A stretch of DNA of 64,000 nt from an uncultured Clostridia bacterium (GTDB lineage: Bacteria > Bacillota > Clostridia > Christensenellales > UBA1750): assembly GCA_944383925.1 (NCBI GenBank), contig CALWRM010000138.1, positions 623 to 64,622 of the forward strand, in the 5' to 3' direction. How positions within the stretch are numbered: position 1 is the first letter of the stretch; each line of letters starts with the position of its first letter. Below are positions 8,824 to 17,146 of the stretch, one piece after another. The translations under genes were made by a program, and so were the position numbers. The notes beneath the pieces are model-generated. The model was not told where the DNA came from. It did no database searches and saw only the letters and a program-made list of their open reading frames with translations.

Positions 8824-10164
8824 ATGAAGCGAAGGAACATCGTCTTTTACTTTTCCGATCAGCAGCGCTGGGACACGCTGGGCTGCTATGGGCAAAAGCT
8901 GCCCGTCACGCCGCACCTGGACGAGCTGGCTCGGGAAGGCACGCGGTTTGAGAACGCCTTCACCTGCCAACCGGTCTGCGGCCCGGCCAGGGCCTGCCTG
9001 CAAAGCGGCATGTACGCCACGCAGACCGGCTGCTACCGAAACGACATCGAGCTGCCCCTGGACATCCACCCGCTGGCCACGCACTTCCGGCAGGCCGGGT
9101 ATGAGACGGCCTATGTGGGCAAGTGGCACCTGGCCTCCAACGAGAACAAGGGCCTTTGTTACGCCACAAAGGCCGTGCCCGAGGAGCGAAGGGGCGGCTA
9201 CCTGGATTATTGGATGGCGGCGGACGTGCTGGAGTTCACCTCCCACGGCTATAACGGATATGTGTACGACGGCCAGGGGCAAAAGCACGAGTTCATCGGC
9301 TACCGGGCGGACTGCATCAACAATTACGCCATCGATTTTCTGCACCAGAGGACGCGCGAGGATCCCTTCTTCCTCTTCATATCCCAGATCGAGCCGCACC
9401 ACCAGAACGACCACCACCGCTTCGAGGGGCCGGACGGGAGCAAGCGCCGCTTCGCCGGCTACGAGGTTCCCGGCGATTTGGTGGGGACCCAGGGGGATTG
9501 GAGGGAGAATTACCCGGATTACCTGGGGCAATGCGCCAGCCTGGACGCGAACGTCGGCCGGCTGGTGGATACCCTGAAGGAGACGGGGGAATGGGAGAAC
9601 ACCATCTTCATCTATACCTCCGACCATGGTTCGCACTTTTGCACCAGAAACGGGGAGTACAAGCGCTCCTGCCACGACGGCTGCACGCACATTCCGCTGA
9701 TCGTCTGCGGCCCGGGCTTTGAAGGGGGAAAGGTGCGCGAGGAGATGGTCAGCCTGCTGGACCTGCCCGTGACCCTGCTGGACTGCGCCGGCATCCCCAA
9801 GCCGGAGGGCTTTGCAGGCAATTCCCTGCTGCGCCTGGTGCGGGGCGAACAGGCCGCCTGGCCGGATTCGGTGTTCATGCAGATCAGCGAAAGCCAGGTG
9901 GGGCGCGCGGTGCGTACCCGCGATTGGAAGTACTCCGTCCGCGCCGACGCCGACGGCTGGAACGAGAGCTGCGCCGACGTGTATTACGAGGAGTTCCTGT
10001 ACGATCTGCGCAGCGATCCCCATGAGCGGAACAACCTGGTCCAGGATGCCCGCTACGCCAAGGTGCGCCAGGAGATGGCGGAACGGCTGTTGCGGCACAT
10101 GGAGGCGGCGGGCGAGCGGCGGCCGTCCATCCGGCCGGCTGCGGACAGCCCCTGGAACGGATAG
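8824..10164 (+). CDS. Cys-type sulfatase (arylsulfatase family), no signal peptide
   Basis: It has an N-terminal NIVFYFSDQQRWD segment and the formylglycine motif C-G-P-A-R (CxPxR) in FTCQPVCGPARACLQSGMY. YTSDHG and the other sulfatase blocks are present. The start was set at the ATG at 8824 (MKRRNIVF). Confidence 0.9.
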   Translation: MKRRNIVFYFSDQQRWDTLGCYGQKLPVTPHLDELAREGTRFENAFTCQPVCGPARACLQSGMYATQTGCYRNDIELPLDIHPLATHFRQAGYETAYVGKWHLASNENKGLCYATKAVPEERRGGYLDYWMAADVLEFTSHGYNGYVYDGQGQKHEFIGYRADCINNYAIDFLHQRTREDPFFLFISQIEPHHQNDHHRFEGPDGSKRRFAGYEVPGDLVGTQGDWRENYPDYLGQCASLDANVGRLVDTLKETGEWENTIFIYTSDHGSHFCTRNGEYKRSCHDGCTHIPLIVCGPGFEGGKVREEMVSLLDLPVTLLDCAGIPKPEGFAGNSLLRLVRGEQAAWPDSVFMQISESQVGRAVRTRDWKYSVRADADGWNESCADVYYEEFLYDLRSDPHERNNLVQDARYAKVRQEMAERLLRHMEAAGERRPSIRPAADSPWNG

Positions 10165-10196
10165 GGCGGAAGGAGAGCCCTTTGCCCGCGCGCAGC

Positions 10197-10233
10197 GAAA
10201 CAAGCCCGGAGCCTCAGGCTCCGGGCTTGTTTC
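10197..10233. terminator. Bidirectional terminator between the sulfatase and anSME genes
   Basis: A 17-bp perfect hairpin: gaaacaagcccggagcc-tca-ggctccgggcttgtttc. Confidence 0.8.
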
Positions 10234-10245
10234 GCGATTCGATGC

Positions 10246-11352
10246 TTATCTGGGCAGACGGCGGGCGATGGCGGCCATGCGCTCCAGGGCATGTTCCAGG
10301 AACAGCCGGTGGCCGCAGAGACCGCCCTTGGCGGCGGCAAAGACCTCCTTGCGCATCCGGGGACAGCCGCCGCCGCACAGGCGGAGGAAGGGGCAGGCGG
10401 CGCATAGGGGATTGGCCGGGAGGGGGCGCTTGGGGAAGGCCTGGAAAACGGGGGAGGCGAGCAGGGCGGACAGGGGGCGTTCGGCCAGGTTTCCGGCCAG
10501 ATACTCGTCCAAGGCGTAAAAGTCGCAGGGATAGACGCTGCCGTCGGACTCCACCACAAGCTGCGAGGTGCAAACGCCCAGAAGGCCGCAGGCGTTGCAC
10601 TCCCCAAAGGCCAGATGGCGGATATAATCGTCGAAGAGCTTCACGCTGATGTACTTGCCACGGGAATAGGCCTCAAACCACAGGTCGAAAAAGGCGTTGT
10701 AGAAGCTGGCATACCGCTCCGGCGTCAGCGCGCAGGCCTGTGCGCCGCCGTCCAAGGGACCCAAGCAGGGAATCAACTGCACATAGGCGAGGTGGTTCTT
10801 CTCGAGAAACGCCATCAAGCCGTGGGGATGGCGGGCCAGTTCGCGGGTGAGGACCATCAAAACGTTGTAGTCCGTTCCGTGGCGGTCCAGACGCCGCTTT
10901 GCCTGCATCACCCTGGCGTAGCTTCCGTTCCCCAGCGCATCCCTGCGCTGGGCGTCGTGGATGGCGATCGGGCCGTCCAGGGATAGGCCCACCAGGAAGC
11001 CCTGCTCGCGGAGAAAAGCACACCAGGCGTCGTCCAGCAGCAGGCCGTTGGTTTGCAGCGCATAGCGCACGGAAACGCCCGCTGGGGCCAGGGCGCGGCA
11101 GTCCTCCACCAGGGATTGATAGAACCCCAGGCCAACCAGCGTAGGCTCTCCTCCCTGAAAGGTCAGGCAGAGGCGGTCGCCGGAAGACAGATCGCAAAAG
11201 ACGTTCCGCAAAATGGCGCGAAGGGTTTCCGGCCGCATGTGTCCCCTGGAAGGCTGGGCCCGGTTCCGGCTCTCATCGGCATAGAAGCAATAGCCGCAGC
11301 GCAGGTTGCAGCCGGCCGAGGCCGGCTTGAGCAGGATCGTCAGGTCTTTCAT
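10246..11352 (-). CDS. Anaerobic sulfatase-maturating enzyme (radical SAM/SPASM)
   Basis: It has the CNLRCGYCFY CxxxCxxC radical-SAM motif at the N-terminus and a C-terminal SPASM cysteine cluster (CAACPFLRLCGGGCPR). The ATG at 11352 (MKDLTILLKP) follows GGAGGTG. The 145-aa upstream extension in the ORF track was rejected. Confidence 0.9.
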   Translation of the reverse strand: MKDLTILLKPASAGCNLRCGYCFYADESRNRAQPSRGHMRPETLRAILRNVFCDLSSGDRLCLTFQGGEPTLVGLGFYQSLVEDCRALAPAGVSVRYALQTNGLLLDDAWCAFLREQGFLVGLSLDGPIAIHDAQRRDALGNGSYARVMQAKRRLDRHGTDYNVLMVLTRELARHPHGLMAFLEKNHLAYVQLIPCLGPLDGGAQACALTPERYASFYNAFFDLWFEAYSRGKYISVKLFDDYIRHLAFGECNACGLLGVCTSQLVVESDGSVYPCDFYALDEYLAGNLAERPLSALLASPVFQAFPKRPLPANPLCAACPFLRLCGGGCPRMRKEVFAAAKGGLCGHRLFLEHALERMAAIARRLPR

Positions 11353-11400
11353 CGGCCACCTCCGCATGGTTTGGATGGGGTGCGCGCAGTTCCTGACAAT

Positions 11401-11429
11401 AGTATAGCGGCCGCGGCGCCGCGTTGCAA
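11401..11429 (-). promoter_or_regulatory. Sigma-A type promoter of the anSME gene
   Basis: On the minus strand: TTGCAA, 17 nt, TATACT, about 45 nt upstream of the start. Confidence 0.5.
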
Positions 11430-11597
11430 TGCGCATGGGATGCGGCCGGCGGCCAGCAAGAGCCGAACGAGCAAAAAACCTCCGACCCAGAGCCTGGGGC
11501 GAAGGCCTAAGAACGCGGGGGAGACGGCGGGCCTGACCGGCCTCCTGGACCTGCGAGCACGCCCCTTGCGAAGGACGATGGATCCGGCCCCGCCGCG

Positions 11598-11822
11598 TCA
11601 CGGATTCTTTCTTTCCTTGCGGGCTTTGTAGAGGAGGACGCAGCTCCTGATGAGGAAAACGGCGCAAACCGCCGCGACAGCGCCGCAGACGAGCCGGTCC
11701 CTTGCATCCCAAACGCCGCCGGTCAGGCGCATTGCGCAGTAATACGCCGTCCAAAGCAGAAACATGAGCGAACCGCCGATGCCAAGCCATACGGGGTGTT
11801 TCTTCAAGCTGCTCGCCTCCAT
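11598..11822 (-). CDS. Possible small two-TM membrane protein (74 aa)
   Basis: Its sequence (MEASSLKKHPVWLGIGGSLMFLLWTAYYCA...AVAAVCAVFLIRSCVLLYKARKERKNP) has two hydrophobic helices and a basic tail. There is no clear Shine-Dalgarno sequence and I recognise no homology. Confidence 0.3.
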   Translation of the reverse strand: MEASSLKKHPVWLGIGGSLMFLLWTAYYCAMRLTGGVWDARDRLVCGAVAAVCAVFLIRSCVLLYKARKERKNP

Positions 11823-12147
11823 AGGATGTTCGTTTGCCAAGGATGGGCTGGACGCATGTCCGCGAGGATGGCGCGCAGCCCCGCGGACGGCGGAAACGAC
11901 GGCCTCCTCCCTCGGCTGCCAGGGACGGCGCCAGCGGCGATGCGGAACCGGGAATCCCCGCCGGTCAAAGCCAAAGCGCAGGACCTGCAAGGCGGCGGCG
12001 CGGGCGCGCCCAGAGCCGATGAAAAAGCCAAATAGCAGATAGGGACGTTTGAAAAGGAAAAGCCAGAGGAAGGCCGAAGGAAAGCCCAACAAGGCGGGTT
12101 CGACTTGGGGAGGAGCCGCGGTAGAATGCGCGAAAGGGGACCTAGAT

Positions 12148-12184
12148 AAAAAAAGCCGCCGCGAACGACCGGACGTCCGCGGCG
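12148..12184 (-). terminator. Intrinsic terminator after tRNA-Pro
   Basis: On the minus strand a GC hairpin (ccgcggacg..cgttcgcgg) is followed by TTTTTTT. Confidence 0.6.
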
Positions 12185-12188
12185 ATGA

Positions 12189-12265
12189 TGGTCGAGGTGA
12201 CAGGATTTGAACCTGCGACCTTTTGGTCCCGAACCAAACGCGCTACCAAACTGCGCTACACCTCG
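12189..12265 (-). tRNA. tRNA-Pro (anticodon CGG)
   Basis: The 77-nt sequence folds by hand into a cloverleaf: acceptor CGAGGTG/CACCTCG, anticodon stem TTTGG/CCAAA with loop TTCGGGA, T-loop GGTTCAAATCC, and an encoded CCA. Confidence 0.93.
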
Positions 12266-12271
12266 AAAGAA

Positions 12272-12347
12272 TGGAGCCAACAAAGGGACTCGAACCCTTG
12301 ACCTGCAGTTTACGAAACTGCTGCTCTACCGACTGAGCTATGTTGGC
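12272..12347 (-). tRNA. tRNA-Thr (anticodon CGT)
   Basis: The 76-nt sequence folds into a cloverleaf: acceptor GCCAACA/TGTTGGC, anticodon stem GCAGT/ACTGC with loop TTCGTAA, T-loop GGTTCGAGTCC, and an encoded CCA. It lies 6 nt upstream of tRNA-Pro. Confidence 0.93.
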
Positions 12348-12401
12348 ATGGCGACCTGCGAGCAGGGGATTGGCCCGGTCAGCTTCGCAGGACATGAGGC
12401 G

Positions 12402-12430
12402 ATTATACCACCGCAAAGGCGCGCTGGCAA
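12402..12430 (-). promoter_or_regulatory. Sigma-A promoter of the tRNA-Thr/tRNA-Pro pair
   Basis: On the minus strand: TTGCCA, 17 nt, TGgTATAAT (extended -10). Confidence 0.55.
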
Positions 12431-12440
12431 GCAAAATTTC

Positions 12441-12480
12441 GGAAAATGGCGGGCGATCCTTGGACAAGGACCGCCCGCTC
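12441..12480 (-). terminator. Intrinsic terminator after rplS
   Basis: On the minus strand the hairpin gcgggcggtcctt..aaggatcgcccgc is followed by a T-rich run. Confidence 0.65.
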
Positions 12481-12508
12481 GCGGTACCGCGCTTTGGTAC
12501 GAAGGGGT

Positions 12509-12850
12509 TTAGCGATCCTTGACCTTGGCGGCCTTGCCCACGCGAGAACGCAGGTAGTAGAGCTTGGCACGGCGAACCTTGCCGCGACGGATCACGGTGA
12601 TGGAATCCACGCGGGGGCTGTGCAGGGGAAAGGTGCGCTCCACGCCGATGCCGTAGGACACGCGGCGCACGGTGAAGGTCTCGCGGCAGCCGCCGTTGCG
12701 GCGGGCGATGACGGTGCCCTCGAAGGCCTGCAGGCGCTCGCGGGTGCCTTCCACAACCTTCACCTGCACGCGGACGGTGTCGCCCACGGCGAAGTCAGGG
12801 ATGTCGGTCCGGAGCTGCTCCATCTCGATGGCTCTGATGATCTCGTTCAT
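12509..12850 (-). CDS. rplS: 50S ribosomal protein L19
   Basis: The 113 aa product matches L19 along its full length ([42 protein letters not shown]). Confidence 0.97.
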   Translation of the reverse strand: MNEIIRAIEMEQLRTDIPDFAVGDTVRVQVKVVEGTRERLQAFEGTVIARRNGGCRETFTVRRVSYGIGVERTFPLHSPRVDSITVIRRGKVRRAKLYYLRSRVGKAAKVKDR

Positions 12851-12997
12851 TTGTTCGTTCTCCTTCCCTATCTAGGGCGTTCGATACCGTATTTGGGAAC
12901 CGGAGGCTTCCGGTTCGAGGAGGCGTGGTTAGCCCGGCAGAGGACCGTCCCGAAACTCAACGCGCAATATTATACCATGTGACGCAAAGGAATGCAA
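12851..12997 (-). promoter_or_regulatory. rplS promoter plus a structured leader of about 110 nt (L19-leader-like)
   Basis: On the minus strand: TTGCAT (12992-12997), 17 nt, TGgTATAAT (-10 at 12969-12974), immediately after the trmD stop. The leader contains GC-rich pairings (ccggaagcctccgg). Firmicute rplS genes commonly carry an L19 autoregulatory leader. Confidence 0.45.
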
Positions 12998-13000
12998 GCC

Positions 13001-13792
13001 CTATTCCGGGCTTTTTTCTGCCACTTCCGCGGGGGAGGGCTTCGGGCGGCCGCGCCGCTGGGACGGCGGCGCCTCCCACCCCAGCAGCACCCGGTCCTGC
13101 GGGGAGAGGTTCAGGCGCTGCAAAAGATCGGGCCGCCGCTCGTGGGTCAGCTGCAAGGACTGGGCGCGCCGCCAGTCTTGGATCTTCTGGTGATGCCCTT
13201 CCCGCAGCAGTTCCGGCACGGCCAAGCCCTGGAACACGGCGGGCCTTGTGTATTGCGGGTATTCCAGCAGGCCGTTCATGAAGGACTCCTCCTGGGCGGA
13301 CTCGTCGCTGCCCAGGACGCCGGGCACGTGTCTGGCCACGCAATCGATGAGGACCATGGCCGCCAGCTCCCCGCCGGTGAGCACATAATCCCCGATGGAA
13401 AGCTCCTCGTCCACGTATAGGTCCAGGGCCCTTTGGTCGATGCCCTCGTAATGGCCGCACAGCAACACCAAGCGCTCCTCCCTGGCCAGGGACATGGCCT
13501 TGGCCTGGGTGAGCACCGGCCCCTTGGGGGAGAGGTAGATGCGCCTGGCCGGAAAGCCGCGCAGGGCGTCGCGGAAGGCGTCGCACACGGGCTGGGGCGT
13601 CATCACCATGCCGGCGCCGCCGCCAAAGGGATAATCGTCGCAGCGGCGGTGCTTGTCCTGGGTGTAGGCGCGTATGTCCAGGGCTTCGACCTGCAAAAGG
13701 CCCCGCTCCAACGCCCTGCCCAAGATGCTCTGGGACAACACGGGCGCAAACATGTTGGGGAAGAGGGTCAGGACCTTAATCCGCATCGTCAT
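13001..13792 (-). CDS. trmD: tRNA (guanine37-N1)-methyltransferase
   Basis: It has the TLFPNMF and RCDDYPFGGGAGMVM motifs. The start may be the second ATG at 13786. It overlaps the rimM stop. Confidence 0.95.
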   Translation of the reverse strand: MTMRIKVLTLFPNMFAPVLSQSILGRALERGLLQVEALDIRAYTQDKHRRCDDYPFGGGAGMVMTPQPVCDAFRDALRGFPARRIYLSPKGPVLTQAKAMSLAREERLVLLCGHYEGIDQRALDLYVDEELSIGDYVLTGGELAAMVLIDCVARHVPGVLGSDESAQEESFMNGLLEYPQYTRPAVFQGLAVPELLREGHHQKIQDWRRAQSLQLTHERRPDLLQRLNLSPQDRVLLGWEAPPSQRRGRPKPSPAEVAEKSPE

Positions 13793-14297
13793 ACACCGCC
13801 ACCTGTTCCAGCGCCTCGGCCCGAAGCGTCATCGTGCCCTGTTCCAGGTCCACCTGGGCGATGACCTTTTTCAGCGCGGGGAACAGGAAGCCCCTCGCGC
13901 CCTCCACCTGGTAGACGTCGTTGCCGCCGGCCTGGTAGACCTCCTGCAGCCGGCCAAGCACGTTGCCGGCCTCGTCCTGTACGGTCAAGCCCTTCAGGTC
14001 CGCGATGAAGTAGCGCCCCTCGGGCAGCTTGGCGGCGTTTTGCCGGTCCACGTACAAATAGCTGCCGCGCAGGGCCTCGGCGGCCTCCACGCTGTCCACC
14101 CCCTCCAGGCGCAGGTAGACGAAGCCCTCCCGCAGGCGGGCCGCGCGCACATTCAGCCGCTTGGCGCCCTGCTCGTCCAGAAACACGTAGGGCAGATGCA
14201 GGAAGCGCGCTTCGTCGTCGGTCTCCGGCTTGATCTTGATCTCGCCGCGGATGCCCTGGGGCTTGAGAACCTGGCCGACCATCAGATATGGACGCAA
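13776..14297 (-). CDS. rimM: 16S rRNA processing protein RimM
   Basis: MVGQVLKPQGIRGEIKIK plus a PRC-barrel C-terminus. The TTG at 14297 lies 7 nt after AAGGGAGGGA; the alternative start is the ATG at 14282. The longer ORF in the track was rejected. Confidence 0.88.
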   Translation of the reverse strand: MRPYLMVGQVLKPQGIRGEIKIKPETDDEARFLHLPYVFLDEQGAKRLNVRAARLREGFVYLRLEGVDSVEAAEALRGSYLYVDRQNAAKLPEGRYFIADLKGLTVQDEAGNVLGRLQEVYQAGGNDVYQVEGARGFLFPALKKVIAQVDLEQGTMTLRAEALEQVAVYDDAD

Positions 14298-14436
14298 GTT
14301 GCCGTCCCTCCCTTTCAAGAGCGCCGGCAGGGGGTTCCGTGTCCGGCGCGGCGTGGCCCCCATCGGCAGCAAGGGCCGCCCCCAGGCGTTGACCAGCTTG
14401 GCGGCGGCCCCATCTTTGCTCGAAAGAGGATGGCTT

Positions 14437-14664
14437 TTATAGGATTTCCAACATGGCGGGCGTGCCCTGCTTGAGGCTCGCCGCCTTGACCACCGCGCGG
14501 ATGGCCTTGGCGATGCGCCCTTGTTTGCCGATAACCTTGCCCATGTCCTCTGGAGCGACCCGAAGCTCCAGGATGAGCCCGGTTTCGCCCTGGATCTCCC
14601 GCACCTCCACCTGTTCGGGGTGGTCCACGAGAGATTTGGCAATGTATTCAACCAATTCTACCAT
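14437..14664 (-). CDS. KH-domain RNA-binding protein (YlqC family)
   Basis: A 75 aa product with [15 protein letters not shown] (the GxxG KH motif), in the conserved position between rpsP and rimM. Confidence 0.9.
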   Translation of the reverse strand: MVELVEYIAKSLVDHPEQVEVREIQGETGLILELRVAPEDMGKVIGKQGRIAKAIRAVVKAASLKQGTPAMLEIL

Positions 14665-14713
14665 TGCGTCTCCTCCTGCAGGGGACCCGGCAGGGCCCTT
14701 GCGACCGTCCTGT

Positions 14714-14959
14714 TTACTCGATGACGCCGTTGTTCTTCAGCAGGGTCTTCACCGTCTGGGTGGGCTGGGCGCCGTTCTTCACCCAATAGCTGGCGCGCTC
14801 CACGTTCACCTTCACCTCGGCGGGATCGGTCACGGGGTTGTAATAGCCGATCTCTTCCACAAAGCGTCCGTCGCGGGGGGTGCGGGAATCGGCCACCACG
14901 ATGCGGTAAAAGGGCTTGCCCTTCATACCCATTCTCTTGAGACGAATCTTAACTGCCAT
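14714..14959 (-). CDS. rpsP: 30S ribosomal protein S16
   Basis: [42 protein letters not shown]. Confidence 0.97.
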   Translation of the reverse strand: MAVKIRLKRMGMKGKPFYRIVVADSRTPRDGRFVEEIGYYNPVTDPAEVKVNVERASYWVKNGAQPTQTVKTLLKNNGVIE

Positions 14960-15028
14960 TTGAAATACCTCCTAAGTGTTTTCCTTGGTTTTTCTATCTC
15001 AATCATGCTTTAAAATGATTGGAGCCTG

Positions 15029-16354
15029 TTAAAAGGGAAGCTTGGGAAAGCCTCCGCGGCGGCCGCGCCTGCCCATGGAACCGAATTGCTTCATGAGCTT
15101 TTGCATCTGCTCAAACTGCCGGAGCAGCTGGTTGATCTGCTGCACGCTGGTGCCGGAACCGGCCGCGATGCGCTTCTTTCTGGAGAAGTTGAGCAGGTTG
15201 GGGTTGCGCCGCTCCCTCGGCGTCATGGAGAGCAGGATGGCCTTGGTCTGCCCCAGGGCCTTTTCGTCGATCTGCGCGCCGGCCAGCTTGTTCCCGCCGG
15301 GCAACATGGCCAAGATCTCGTCCATGGAGCCCAAGTTTTTCATCTGCTCGAAGGACTCCAGAAAGTCCTCCAGGGTGAACTGGTTCTTGCGCAGCCGCTT
15401 TTCCATCTCCGCGGCCTTGGTCTCGTCCACCGCGGCCTGGGCCTTTTCAATCAGGGAGAGCACATCGCCCATGCCCAGTATGCGCGAGGCCATGCGGTCC
15501 GGATGGAAGGGCTCGATGTCCGTCAGCTTCTCGCCGACGGAGGCGAACTTGATGGGCTTGCCCGTGACCGCGCGGATGGAGATGGCCGCGCCGCCGCGCG
15601 TGTCGCCGTCCAGCTTGGAGAGCACCACGCCGGTGACGCCCAGCCGCTCGTCGAAGGCCTTGGCCACGTTCACGGCGTCCTGACCGGTCATGGCGTCCAC
15701 CACCAGCAGGATCTCGTCGGGGCGCAGGGCCTTTTTGATGTTCTCCAGCTCTTCCATCAGGCGGTCGTCGATGTGCAGCCGGCCCGCCGTGTCCACGATC
15801 AGCACGTCGTTGAGGTTGAGGATGGCTTGGCGCTGGGCTTCCATGGCGATTTTCACCGGGTCGCCCTGGCCCTGCTCGAAGACCGGCAGCTCCATCCGCT
15901 GGCCCACGATCTTGAGCTGCTCGATGGCCGCGGGGCGGTAGACGTCGCAGGCGGCCAGCAGGGGCTTTTTGCCCTGCTTTTTCAGCAAGCCGCCCAGCTT
16001 GCCGGCCAGGGTGGTCTTGCCGGCGCCCTGCAATCCCACCAACAGGATCACGGCGGGGCGCTGTTGCAGCTCCAGGCGGGCGTTTTGGCCGCCCATGAGG
16101 GCGGTGAGCTCCTCGTTGACGATCTTGATGACCATCTGGCCCGGGGTCAAGGCGCTGAGCACCTCCTGGCCGACGGCACGCTCCTGCACCTTTTTTAGAA
16201 AGTCCTTGACCACAAGGTAGTTGACGTCGGCCTCCAACAGGGCCAGGCGCACCTCGCGCAAGGCGTCCTTAACATCCTTTTCACTGAGCTTGCCGCGCTG
16301 CGTCAGCTTCTTAAAAACGGCTTGCAGCTTGTCGGCCAAACCCTCAAATGCCAT
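15029..16354 (-). CDS. ffh: Signal recognition particle protein Ffh
   Basis: It has the GLQGAGKTT, DTAGR and SKLDGD GTPase motifs and a Met-rich M domain. The ATG at 16354 (MAFEGLADKL) overlaps the end of ylxM. Confidence 0.96.
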   Translation of the reverse strand: MAFEGLADKLQAVFKKLTQRGKLSEKDVKDALREVRLALLEADVNYLVVKDFLKKVQERAVGQEVLSALTPGQMVIKIVNEELTALMGGQNARLELQQRPAVILLVGLQGAGKTTLAGKLGGLLKKQGKKPLLAACDVYRPAAIEQLKIVGQRMELPVFEQGQGDPVKIAMEAQRQAILNLNDVLIVDTAGRLHIDDRLMEELENIKKALRPDEILLVVDAMTGQDAVNVAKAFDERLGVTGVVLSKLDGDTRGGAAISIRAVTGKPIKFASVGEKLTDIEPFHPDRMASRILGMGDVLSLIEKAQAAVDETKAAEMEKRLRKNQFTLEDFLESFEQMKNLGSMDEILAMLPGGNKLAGAQIDEKALGQTKAILLSMTPRERRNPNLLNFSRKKRIAAGSGTSVQQINQLLRQFEQMQKLMKQFGSMGRRGRRGGFPKLPF

Positions 16355-16679
16355 ATTCTTCCTCCCGCTCCATGGACATGAGTATGGAAAGCGCCTCTTG
16401 CTGTTCGCCCTGCCGCAAGGCCCGCACGGCGCGCTGCACCTGTTGGGCCATCCGGTCGTGGCGCGCGTACAGGCCCAGCTTATCCTCCAGCTGTAGCAGG
16501 CGGGCCTCCGCCGCGCGCAGCCCGTCGCTGACGGCCTGACGGCTGACGCAAAGCGCTTGGGCGATTTCCGAGAGGGAAAGATCCTCCTCGGCGCGCAAAT
16601 GCAGAAGATCCTGCTGCCTGGGGGTGAGCAACGGGCCGTAGAAGTCCAGCAGGCAGGCCAGATAGGCATTCTTTTCCAA
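16344..16679 (-). CDS. ylxM: YlxM/UPF0122 helix-turn-helix protein
   Basis: A 111 aa product with LTPRQQDLLHLRAEEDLSLSEIAQALCVSRQAV, in the conserved position upstream of ffh. Confidence 0.9.
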   Translation of the reverse strand: MEKNAYLACLLDFYGPLLTPRQQDLLHLRAEEDLSLSEIAQALCVSRQAVSDGLRAAEARLLQLEDKLGLYARHDRMAQQVQRAVRALRQGEQQEALSILMSMEREEEYGI

Positions 16680-16747
16680 TTGGCTCCACCCCTTTGGCGC
16701 TTGCGCCGTCCCTTGGGTGTAAAGCTGTTGAGCTTGACACCTTTCGC

Positions 16748-16777
16748 ATTATAGCCAACCCGCCGCCTTCTTGTCAA
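16748..16777 (-). promoter_or_regulatory. Sigma-A promoter of the ylxM-ffh operon
   Basis: On the minus strand: TTGACA, 18 nt, TATAAT. Confidence 0.6.
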
Positions 16778-17032
16778 GGGCCGAAGCGCAAAAAGCCCTG
16801 CGGGAAGGTAAAGCTTAACATGCAGCCGGCGCAATGGGCGCGGGGAGGGCGTCGAATCAAGGCTGGCGGCCGCCCGCGCGGCGGGGCCAAAAACGCTTAT
16901 GTCGTCTGGCCTAATTCGCTATAGTTTTTTGTGTTGGGAACTTTAGGATATGGACGCTGCCGCTGCATAGGAGAAAAAGTGGAACGGGAGAAAAAAAGTC
17001 CTTGACCTGGTGGGGGAGCGGACCTTTCCGAA

Positions 17033-17146
17033 TGGTGGAAAATGTGGAAAACACTTAGAAAGCAGAAGGGGGCCTGTGGATAAACGGCGTTTGGCCCGGC
17101 AGAAAACCCCGAAGCCTGTGGATAAGTTTGTGGATTATGTGGATTA
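17033..17146 (+). promoter_or_regulatory. Cluster of six co-oriented DnaA-box matches
   Basis: Matches to TGTGGATAA (complement of TTATCCACA): perfect at 17075-17083 and 17117-17125. One mismatch at 17043-17051 (TGTGGAAAA), 17129-17137 and 17138-17146 (TGTGGATTA). Two mismatches at 17033-17041. Confidence 0.7.

Noticed and set aside
8644-10203. A 519-aa minus-strand ORF overlapping the sulfatase gene.
   Set aside because: It is antisense to a sulfatase with intact catalytic motifs and has no recognisable domains. It is a GC-rich antisense artefact.
11353-11790. The 145-aa N-terminal extension of the anSME ORF in the six-frame track.
   Set aside because: The extension is Arg/Pro-rich with no homology. 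A well-spaced GGAGGTG RBS and a TTGCAA-17-TATACT promoter support the internal ATG at 11352, which gives the canonical MKDL..CNLRCGYC N-terminus.
11598-12092. The 164-aa version of the small membrane ORF (TTG start at 12092).
   Set aside because: The N-terminal 90 aa are Arg-rich and implausible, and there is no RBS. Only the C-terminal 74-aa two-TM part is kept, at low confidence.
6139-12347. The idea that the tRNA-proximal block (sulfatase, anSME, PadR/DUF2812, zupT) is a mobile genomic island.
   Set aside because: No integrase, recombinase, transposase, direct repeat of the tRNA 3' end or obvious compositional break is visible. It is kept only as a low-interest note on the gene-poor flank.
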